The notes below the pieces were generated by a model that was not told where the DNA came from, made no database searches, and saw nothing but the letters and a program-made list of their open reading frames with translations. Shown here piece by piece: positions 18,171 through 26,533 of a stretch of DNA of 64,000 nt (the stretch's first letter is position 1; the number at the start of each line of letters is the position of its first letter). The stretch is from an uncultured Chloroflexia bacterium (GTDB taxonomy: Bacteria > Chloroflexota > Anaerolineae > Anaerolineales > Anaerolineaceae), in assembly GCA_963804865.1 (NCBI GenBank), contig CAWDSH010000001.1:466977-530976 (forward strand), in the 5' to 3' direction. The position numbers and the translations under genes were made by a program.

Positions 18171-19808
18171 ATGACCATGCCACCCGTAAATATTCAAGCT
18201 GATACCGATAATATTGATATCAGGCAGTATTTGGGCCTGATTTGGCAATGGGCTTGGTTAATAATTTTGATCACGATTTTAGCTGGTGTGATTGCATTCT
18301 TCGTCAGCCAGCAAATCACACCAATTTACCAGGCATCCACGACTCTTTTAGTTAATGAAGCTCCATCCACAAGAACTACAGATTACACATCTGTTCTTGC
18401 CAGTGAAAGGCTTACCCGAACATACGCTGAAATGATGTTGACGCAACCCATTCTTGCGACTGTAAACGAACAACTCACATTGGGTGTCAATTTCGAAGCA
18501 TTACGATCATCTATTTCAGTTGAACCAATCAAGGATACTCAATTAATCCAGATAAAAATTGACTCAATTGATCCGAATCGAGCTGCCATGATTGCAAATA
18601 CCCTGGTTTCGGTTTTTTCCAGCCAAATCCAATCATTGCAAGCTGAGAGATTCATGGTTTCAAAACAAAGTTTACAGGATCAATTGGCAAATATTGATTC
18701 TCAGATCCAGCACTTCACCGAGCAATTGGCTCGAACATCGGATGCCACAGAAAGGGATCGGATTGAATCAAATGCCGCGCAGTATCGTCAGATCTATTCA
18801 AATTTATTGCTTAGCCTCGAACAGGTACGGCTGGCTGAAGCACAGACGACCTCGACCGTAGTTCAAGTTGAGCCGGCAATTCCCAATAGCACTCCTATTC
18901 GACCAAAGATTATTAACAACACTGTAATTGCAGCGCTTTTGGCAATGCTTTTAACGATCGGTTTAATTTTTACTATTGAAGCATTGGACGATACGATCAA
19001 AACACCTGATGAAGTCAATAAGATCTTGCACCAACCTGTCCTCGCATTGATCGCGCATCATACATTCGAAGAGGGTAAACCAATTACAGAAGCCCAACCC
19101 AGGTCTCCTGTTTCAGAAGCTTTTCGGACTTTACGGACCAATGTTCAATACGCCAGCGTCGATCGTCCACTTCGAACATTGTTGATTACCAGTCCGGATC
19201 CAGGTGAAGGTAAAACGACTATTGCCGTGAATCTGGCTCTTGTACTTGCACAAAGTGGAAGACGTGTAATTCTGATCGATGCCGATCTTCGGAGACCGGC
19301 GATCCACCGTCAATTCCGATTGCCCAATAAGATGGGATTGAGTACCCTGTTTTTCCAATCCGAAGTGAAATTGGATGGAATCCTTCAGTTGACCCGGATA
19401 CCCAATCTATCTTTAATCACTTCGGGAGATTTACCGCCCAATCCATCCGAATTATTGGGATCTCAAAAAATGCATTTGATCCTTGAAAAAACCCAGGCAC
19501 TTGCTGATGTTGTTATCATTGATACTCCTCCTACGTTGGCTGTCACAGATGCCTCGGTGTTAATGCAAGTCGTCGATGGCGCACTTCTTATCATCCAACC
19601 TGGCGTGACTCGCATGGGCACAGCCATGGGCGCCATCGAGCAATTCCAGCGGGTAGGGTCAAAGATACTGGGTGTTGTATTTAATAACGTTGAGCTAAGT
19701 CGGGGTAGATATCGATATCGATACTATAAAGATTATCATGGTTATGGTTCATATTATTACTACAAAGGTTACCGAGACGATCAAAGATCACATCGAAATA
19801 AAAAATGA
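18171..19808 (+). CDS. Polysaccharide co-polymerase (Wzz domain) fused to a BY-type tyrosine autokinase
   Basis: Wzz-like N-terminus with two TM segments. Walker A SPDPGEGKTTIAVNLA and Walker A' ILIDADLRRP. C-terminal Tyr cluster RYRYRYYKDYHGYGSYYYYKGY. Confidence 0.9.
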   Translation: MTMPPVNIQADTDNIDIRQYLGLIWQWAWLIILITILAGVIAFFVSQQITPIYQASTTLLVNEAPSTRTTDYTSVLASERLTRTYAEMMLTQPILATVNEQLTLGVNFEALRSSISVEPIKDTQLIQIKIDSIDPNRAAMIANTLVSVFSSQIQSLQAERFMVSKQSLQDQLANIDSQIQHFTEQLARTSDATERDRIESNAAQYRQIYSNLLLSLEQVRLAEAQTTSTVVQVEPAIPNSTPIRPKIINNTVIAALLAMLLTIGLIFTIEALDDTIKTPDEVNKILHQPVLALIAHHTFEEGKPITEAQPRSPVSEAFRTLRTNVQYASVDRPLRTLLITSPDPGEGKTTIAVNLALVLAQSGRRVILIDADLRRPAIHRQFRLPNKMGLSTLFFQSEVKLDGILQLTRIPNLSLITSGDLPPNPSELLGSQKMHLILEKTQALADVVIIDTPPTLAVTDASVLMQVVDGALLIIQPGVTRMGTAMGAIEQFQRVGSKILGVVFNNVELSRGRYRYRYYKDYHGYGSYYYYKGYRDDQRSHRNKK

Positions 19809-20869
19809 ATCCCAATTCCAGGGGCGTGATATCCACAAAAGTTAGAGTCGCCCCCACAGTGTCAATTATTATTCCCACGTATAACGAAGAAGCGTTTATA
19901 GATAATTGCATGGATTCAATATTGAATCAGGATTTTCCAGGAATAATTGAAATTTATATAATTGACGGTGATTCCAATGACGGAACGAAGATAAAACTTG
20001 AAGATTGGTTGAAAAAGGATTCCAGAATAAAACTTATTAATAACCCCCACCGATATCAAACAAGTGCCTTGAACCTTGGTATCAAAAAAAGTAAGGGGGA
20101 CATCATTGTTCGCATTGACGCTCATGCAGTATATGCATCCAATTATGTAAGTGAATGTATTTTTGCTTTTGAGCGATCCCACGCTGGTTGCGTAGGTGGT
20201 GGGGTTAACCTCCTCCCCGGTGAAGATTTTTTATCAAAATTGATTGGACTTGTACAAAAGAATCTACTTGGTTCCGGCATCGCCAAATTCAGGAGACAAT
20301 CCTATGAAGGGTATGTCGATACGGTTTGGCCGGGTGCTTATCACCGTTCTATTTTTGAGAAGGTTGGGTATTTTCGTGAATACTTGACCCGTACAGAGGA
20401 TCTGGATTTTCATGCTCGTATGCGGCAATTGGGTTATACCATCTATCAAACCCCACGGATAAAACCATATTACCACCCGAGAACCAGTCTTTTATCCCTA
20501 TTTCATCAATACTTTGGAAATGGCCAACAGGTCATTACAACATTGGTGGTGAATGCCGAAGCGATCTCCTTGCGACATCTTGTTCCATTTATTACGAGCA
20601 CTTTATTCATTCTTGTTTTGATTCTTGGAATTTGGGATAAAACTGGAATGCCCATTTCCTGTGGATTTGTAGGATTTTATTTACTATTGCTTCTTTTGGC
20701 ATCAATATCAATTGGGATAAATAATGGGATCAAATATTTTTTCGCATCGCCCCTCATTTTCGTAGTAATTCACATTAGCTATGCACTTGGTTCATGGAGC
20801 GGATTATTCTTACTATTGAGAAATTGTTTTAATGTGAATAGAGTTTTTAAAGAAAACTTTGCGAAATGA
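19805..20869 (+). CDS. Family 2 glycosyltransferase with a C-terminal membrane domain
   Basis: VSIIIPTYNEEAFI..IIDGDSNDGT and TEDLDF motifs, with 3-4 C-terminal TM helices. The start overlaps the upstream stop by 4 nt. Confidence 0.85.
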   Translation: MNPNSRGVISTKVRVAPTVSIIIPTYNEEAFIDNCMDSILNQDFPGIIEIYIIDGDSNDGTKIKLEDWLKKDSRIKLINNPHRYQTSALNLGIKKSKGDIIVRIDAHAVYASNYVSECIFAFERSHAGCVGGGVNLLPGEDFLSKLIGLVQKNLLGSGIAKFRRQSYEGYVDTVWPGAYHRSIFEKVGYFREYLTRTEDLDFHARMRQLGYTIYQTPRIKPYYHPRTSLLSLFHQYFGNGQQVITTLVVNAEAISLRHLVPFITSTLFILVLILGIWDKTGMPISCGFVGFYLLLLLLASISIGINNGIKYFFASPLIFVVIHISYALGSWSGLFLLLRNCFNVNRVFKENFAK

Positions 20870-21990
20870 TTACACCTGATCAGCTCGTAATCCCTATTAG
20901 TAAATGGACAGCTTCAATTGCAGAAGCCAGTAAAGATGGTATATATTCACAAAAACCACAATTTCGCCCCCTCCTGGCTTCGACTTGGTATCTCAATAAA
21001 AGGAGCTTGCTAGAAACTAAAGAAGCCGACATATGCGAGCAAACATATTTGCAAAATCGCTCCCGCTGGTTACGGTTCGAAAAGACTATAACTAATTCAA
21101 TTAATATTGTGTCATGCTCAAGAATAGAACTTGTTTTATTGAAAGGACTGGATTTTTTAACAACTTTATATCCGGATACAGGGATTAGGCATCTTGGTGA
21201 TGTGGATATTTTACTAAGACCGAATGATTTAATAAGAGCTGCCACTATTTTATTGAAAAACGGTTTTTTACTGGTTGGTATTAACGATAAGAAAGAAGCC
21301 ATTAAATGGCTAAAGATCTCTAAAGATATTCCAAGTGAACTTGTGCTTTTCCATAGATCAGGTCTTTATTTCGAATTACATCAGCATCTCGTTTCATCAA
21401 ATTGGTTTGAAGATGTATATCCAATTGATTTGGATCGTATTTGGGAAAATTCGGTTTTAAACAAATTCCTAAATGAACAATCGAACAATATTCGGGTATT
21501 ATCCCGCGAAGATAACATTGCTTACCTCATTCTCCATTTAGCGAATCATGGCATGGGATATCAAGCGCTTCATAATTATTTGGATTTGGATCTGATAATC
21601 CGAAATTCCCATAATGAACTAGATTGGTCCCTAATTCGGGAAAATATTATTTCATGGCGATTGTCAACTGCAGCAAACTTTATTTTTTCCTTCTGTTCTA
21701 AATACCTTGACACTCCTTTGCCGGATGATTTTCTTGATAGTTTGCCGCATCATTTATGGTCGAGGTTGGCAGTATTTCTTCTCTTAAAACCAGTGGATCT
21801 AATCACTGGTCGAGAGACATTGGGTGTAAAGTATCCCACACTGGTAAAAGTTGCAGTTATTGAACGATTCAGTGATCAAGTAAAAACGATTGTTAATGGA
21901 ATACTTCCTAAAAAAATACCTTTTCAACATCCAAGGAAGTCACTAAGCCATTGGTCAAATATGCTTAGGGCAATCAGGCGAGGAGATTAG
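20866..21990 (+). CDS. Uncharacterised nucleotidyltransferase family protein (NTP_transf_5/PF14907-like)
   Basis: LLKGLDFLTTLYPDTGIRHLGDVDILLRPNDLIRAATILLKNGF matches the family core (LKG..l....Y.....R...DiDlLv......a...L...GF). The start overlaps the upstream stop by 4 nt. Confidence 0.65.
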   Translation: MITPDQLVIPISKWTASIAEASKDGIYSQKPQFRPLLASTWYLNKRSLLETKEADICEQTYLQNRSRWLRFEKTITNSINIVSCSRIELVLLKGLDFLTTLYPDTGIRHLGDVDILLRPNDLIRAATILLKNGFLLVGINDKKEAIKWLKISKDIPSELVLFHRSGLYFELHQHLVSSNWFEDVYPIDLDRIWENSVLNKFLNEQSNNIRVLSREDNIAYLILHLANHGMGYQALHNYLDLDLIIRNSHNELDWSLIRENIISWRLSTAANFIFSFCSKYLDTPLPDDFLDSLPHHLWSRLAVFLLLKPVDLITGRETLGVKYPTLVKVAVIERFSDQVKTIVNGILPKKIPFQHPRKSLSHWSNMLRAIRRGD

Positions 21991-21998
21991 GAAAATCA

Positions 21999-23642
21999 AT
22001 GCCAGTTCCAATTCAGTCTGATGCTGCAAACCGACAAGATATGAGTGAACAGCTACACGATCTGCGATCATCTTCAAATTTACTTTTGAGACGGATATTT
22101 AATATTGTCACGGCTATTTTTGCATTATTCTTTCTTTTCCCCTTCCTATGCATAATTGGAATATTAATTAAATCTGACTCACCGGGTCCAATATTTTACA
22201 AAGCGAAAAGGGTTGGTAAGAACGGTAAAGAATTCGAAATGCTAAAATTTCGGACAATGTATAAATATGGCGATCAAAAGAACTCTTCTCCACTCTCTGG
22301 CGCAAACGATGAGAGAGTAACCCGCTTTGGAAAATGGCTTCGAGCCACAAAAATGAATGAACTTCCTCAAATCTGGAATGTTCTAAAAGGTGAAATGGAT
22401 TTCGTTGGTCCTCGACCCGAAGATCCATCATTTGTTGCCAAATGGCCGGAAGAGGTAAGGAATATTATCCTCTCTGTAAATCCGGGAATCACCAGCCCGG
22501 CTTCAATCATCTATCGAGATGAAGCGAGTATATTGGGTGAAAAAAACGTCATTGATAAATATCTTAGTAATATTTTACCCAGCAAGCTCCGACTGGATTT
22601 ACTTTATTTGCGCTTTCGAAATTTCTTAACAGACCTGGATGTATTTTTTCTTACTTTCATTCTTCTATTGCCAAATGTGAGAAAGATTTCCATCCCCGAT
22701 TCTCTTTACTACTCAGGACCATTTTCAATCTTCTTCTCAAGGTATTTAAACTGGTTTGTGATTGATTGCTTTATTGCTTTCCTTAGCGTAAGCACAACAG
22801 GAGTAATCTGGAGATTGAGCGGCCCACTCGACCTTGGCTGGGGATTGTCAATAATTGTTGGCATTGCTATCGCTCTCATCTTTAGTATTTTTAACGCAGC
22901 GTTAGGAGTTAACCGGATTGAATGGTCTCGTGCAAATTCCTCTGACGCCCTCGCTCTTGCACTATCTTGTGCAATGGCAACTGGCTGCTTGCTGCTTTTC
23001 AATCCCTATGTGGGTTTCAGCATTCCGTTACCGCCATCAATGATTGTAGTTGGCGGGTTGATTTCTTTCTTTGGTTTTGTGGTAATTCGGTACCGCGAAC
23101 GGATACTTACTGGATTGGCATCGAGATGGTTATATATTCGTGGTGGCGCACGGTCTATCGGCGAGCGGGTTCTACTTGTGGGCGCAGGTGATACGGGTGA
23201 ACTTGCGATTTGGCTTTTCTCACGTGGTCAATTAGCTCAAGCCTTCAACCTTGTTGGTTTTATTGATCATGATCCGCATAAAAAAGGATCAATTATAAGA
23301 GGATTACCAGTGTTGGGTTCACCGGAGATGATCCCTGAAATTTCCGAAAAGATGGATATTGGCCTTATTCTGATTTCCATACCCAATCTCCCGGTGAGTG
23401 AAAAGAAAGAACTTTTATCTTATTGCGAAAAAACTAACGCTCGCATCGTATTCTTTCCAAATATTGCGAAAATGCTACTGGAAAATATGATACCTGATGA
23501 GGAAACTCATGTTAATCGAGGTCAGATAAAAATTTGGTTGCTTGAAATCCAAAAAATGATCGAAAGTGAAAATAAAAAAGCTCTTAAAAAGAGAATCAGT
23601 AAATATCTGAAAATTCTGGATGAAAGCAGTGACCATGAATAA
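21999..23642 (+). CDS. Polyprenyl-phosphate phosphoglycosyl transferase (Bac_transf domain) with the TM and Rossmann-like module on the C-terminal side
   Basis: N-terminal SPGPIFYKAKRVGKNGKEFEMLKFRTM..RVTRFGKWLRATKMNELPQIWNVLKGEMDFVGPRPE, then about 5 TM helices, then VLLVGAGDTGELAI..LVGFIDHDPHKKGSIIRGLPVLG. Confidence 0.85.
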   Translation: MPVPIQSDAANRQDMSEQLHDLRSSSNLLLRRIFNIVTAIFALFFLFPFLCIIGILIKSDSPGPIFYKAKRVGKNGKEFEMLKFRTMYKYGDQKNSSPLSGANDERVTRFGKWLRATKMNELPQIWNVLKGEMDFVGPRPEDPSFVAKWPEEVRNIILSVNPGITSPASIIYRDEASILGEKNVIDKYLSNILPSKLRLDLLYLRFRNFLTDLDVFFLTFILLLPNVRKISIPDSLYYSGPFSIFFSRYLNWFVIDCFIAFLSVSTTGVIWRLSGPLDLGWGLSIIVGIAIALIFSIFNAALGVNRIEWSRANSSDALALALSCAMATGCLLLFNPYVGFSIPLPPSMIVVGGLISFFGFVVIRYRERILTGLASRWLYIRGGARSIGERVLLVGAGDTGELAIWLFSRGQLAQAFNLVGFIDHDPHKKGSIIRGLPVLGSPEMIPEISEKMDIGLILISIPNLPVSEKKELLSYCEKTNARIVFFPNIAKMLLENMIPDEETHVNRGQIKIWLLEIQKMIESENKKALKKRISKYLKILDESSDHE

Positions 23643-24647
23643 TCCATTATTGGGAAAACGCGTACTGGTTTCGGGTGCGGGTGGTTTCATAGGCAGCTCT
23701 CTCGTTGATCAACTTGTAAAAAGCGGAGCGAAGGTCAGGGCATTTGTCAGATATAACAGCCGCGGAGACCCTGGTCTTTTGCATTATTCCTCCAAGGATA
23801 TTCTTAATAAAATTGAAATCATAGCAGGAGATATCAAGGACTATCATGCTGTTTTAAAAGCATGTGAAGACATGGAATATGTTTTTCATCTCAGCGCATT
23901 CATTTCCATCCCTTATTCTTACATTCACCCTTTTGAAGTTATTGAGGTAAATGTCCTGGGGACAACAAATATTCTCTTGGCATGTAAAGAGTATAGGATT
24001 GAAAAAATCATACATACCTCAACCAGCGAGGTTTATGGGACTGCGCAATCCATTCCTATGAATGAAGAACATCCGCTAAAGGCACAATCTCCTTATGCAG
24101 CTAGTAAGATTGGTGCGGATAAAATCGTGGAGAGTTTCTACTGCTCTTATGGACTACCGGTTATTACTCTTCGACCATTTAATACCTACGGACCACGTCA
24201 ATCCCTTCGAGCGGTCATTCCATCGATAATCACCCAGGCACTTCGGGGGAAAAATATAAGAGTTGGAAATCTGGAGAGTATCAGGGATTTCACCTATATC
24301 ACTGACACCGTTGATGGCTTTATTCAAGCAGCCTCCACCGCGATTCCATTTGGCAGCACGATCCATCTTGGAACAGGTACTGCAGTCACCATTGCTGAAT
24401 TAATAAATAAGAATAGAAACAATTTTTGGCAGCAAATTGAAAGTTGAAGTTGATTCCAAGTTACGTACGTCCACCCCATTCCGAAGTTGGGCGTCTGATA
24501 TCAGATAATCAATCCGCAAAAAGATTGATGAATTGGCTACCCAAGATTGATTTGAATCAAGGATTGGTTGAAACCATCAAATGGTATAAAGAACATCCGG
24601 ATTTTTATGAGAATTCAGTCGTTTTTCACATAAAGGATAGATTATGA
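23620..24647 (+). pseudogene. NAD-dependent sugar epimerase/dehydratase (extended SDR), with a frame change near 24420-24447
   Basis: GKRVLVSGAGGFIGSSL, STSEVYG and YAASKIG (YxxxK) are in ORF 23620..24447. The conserved C-terminus (RPPHSEVGRLISDNQSAKRLMNW..GLVETIKWY) is in the next frame, 24444..24647. Confidence 0.85.
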
Positions 24648-25357
24648 AAGCTGTCATCTTGGCGGGAGGACGGGGAACACGGTTAGCGCCATACACTAGG
24701 ATATTCCCAAAACCGATGATGCCCATCGGGGATAAAACCATCCTTGAAATATTGCTTCTCCAATTAAAGCATTTTGGAATCACCGATATTGTCCTGACCA
24801 TAGGACATTTATCAGGGTTAATGCGTGCGTTTTTTCAAGATGGAAAACAATTGGGTGTTAATATTGAATACAGTTTTGAAGAAGAACCTTTAGGTACCGC
24901 CGGCCCATTAAAAATGATAAAAGATCTGGATGAGACTTTTATCGTTTTAAACGGTGATGTATTAACAAATCTCGATATTAACAAGATGGTTGATTTTCAC
25001 AAGATTAATGATGGCGTGGCCACAATAGCAATGCATGAATACCAAGTATTCATTGATCTTGGGATTATCAACCACGATTTGGAGAATCATATAATCGGTT
25101 ATATTGAGAAACCAACGCTAGAATACAATGTCAGCATGGGGATATATATATTTGAACCAAAAGTATTGGACTTCATCCCCGAGCAGAAATATTACGATTT
25201 CCCCGAATTGGTTAAAAATTTGATTGCCCATAATTTAAATGTTATTGGTTATCCCTTTAATGGATATTGGAAAGATCTGGGCAGACCAATTGATTATGAA
25301 CAAGCCTGTAATGATTTTGAAAACATGCGGTCCACGTTTCTTGATGAGGTCCACTAA
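24644..25357 (+). CDS. Sugar-1-phosphate nucleotidylyltransferase (NTP_transferase family)
   Basis: MKAVILAGGRGTRLAPYT..PKPMMPI, EEPLGTAGPL. Confidence 0.88.
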   Translation: MKAVILAGGRGTRLAPYTRIFPKPMMPIGDKTILEILLLQLKHFGITDIVLTIGHLSGLMRAFFQDGKQLGVNIEYSFEEEPLGTAGPLKMIKDLDETFIVLNGDVLTNLDINKMVDFHKINDGVATIAMHEYQVFIDLGIINHDLENHIIGYIEKPTLEYNVSMGIYIFEPKVLDFIPEQKYYDFPELVKNLIAHNLNVIGYPFNGYWKDLGRPIDYEQACNDFENMRSTFLDEVH

Positions 25358-26502
25358 TGGATTGGCTTGTTCCTTTAAGTGATATCGATTACGGTGCCGA
25401 AGAAGAAAAAGCGGTGCTGAATGTTTTCCGCAGCCGCTGGTTGACGATGGGAGATGTGACCAGGGAATTTGAATGTGAATTCGCAAAATCATTGAATGTT
25501 AAGCATGCAATTGCAGTTTCCAACGGTACGGAGGCTCTTCATTTGGCGTGTATTGCTCTTGGAATCGAACCGGACGATGAAGTAATAGTGCCGGCTTTAT
25601 CTTTTGTGGCAACTGCTAATGCTGCTAGTTATACAGGGGCAAAAGTAAGATTTGCGGACATTATTTCCTTAAAGGAACCATGCATCGATCCTGGAGAAAT
25701 AAATAGATTAATCAACCATAAAACAAAAGCTGTTATTGTGATGCATTATGCCGGTTTCCCATGCCGAATGCAGGAGATATTGGATATCTGCAATGCAAAA
25801 GGGATAGCAGTCATTGAGGACGCAGCACATGCTCCGGGTGCCGCCTTCCTTGATCGGAAACTTGGAACTTGGGGAAAAATCGGTTGTTTTAGTTTCTTCT
25901 CAAATAAAAATTTAGCAACGGGCGAAGGTGGAATGCTAGTAACCAATGATGATACACTGGCAAAACGCCTTCAATCGTTAAGATCTCATGGAATGACATC
26001 ATCCACATTAGATCGTCACCAGGGACATGCTTACTCTTATGATGTGGTTGAGCTGGGATATAACTATCGCTTAGACGAAATTCATTCTGCGCTTGGTTTG
26101 GTTCAATTATCAAAACTCAAAGAAAACAATCTAATTCGTAAAGATCTAACATCTAAATATATTGCCGAACTTAAATCTTCCAGCCTGATTTTCCCATTTG
26201 AAGAACCATTGGGTGATCCTTCATTTCATATTATGCCTACTCTACTGAATCAAATCTACGACAGAAATCTATTTATGGAAGAAATGAGAAAAAGGAAGAT
26301 TCAAACGAGTATTCATTATCCTGCCATTCATCATTTTTCATATTATTTAAAGAAGAATCCTTCAATCTCCCTCCCTATAACCGAAGAATATTGTAAAAGA
26401 GAATTAACCCTACCATTATTTCCGACCATGACCAGTAATCAATTTCAGAGCGTGATCAACTCAGTTACGGAATGCCTGAAATTAGCGGTAAAAAAGGTGT
26501 AA
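25357..26502 (+). CDS. DegT/DnrJ/EryC1/StrS-family PLP-dependent sugar aminotransferase
   Basis: Family-typical blocks SNGTEALHLA, EDAAHAPGA and FSFFSNKNLATGEGGM (PLP-lysine region). Confidence 0.9.
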   Translation: MDWLVPLSDIDYGAEEEKAVLNVFRSRWLTMGDVTREFECEFAKSLNVKHAIAVSNGTEALHLACIALGIEPDDEVIVPALSFVATANAASYTGAKVRFADIISLKEPCIDPGEINRLINHKTKAVIVMHYAGFPCRMQEILDICNAKGIAVIEDAAHAPGAAFLDRKLGTWGKIGCFSFFSNKNLATGEGGMLVTNDDTLAKRLQSLRSHGMTSSTLDRHQGHAYSYDVVELGYNYRLDEIHSALGLVQLSKLKENNLIRKDLTSKYIAELKSSSLIFPFEEPLGDPSFHIMPTLLNQIYDRNLFMEEMRKRKIQTSIHYPAIHHFSYYLKKNPSISLPITEEYCKRELTLPLFPTMTSNQFQSVINSVTECLKLAVKKV

Positions 26503-26533
26503 TCCCTTTCTGATTTTTGATTAGAATATCAAT

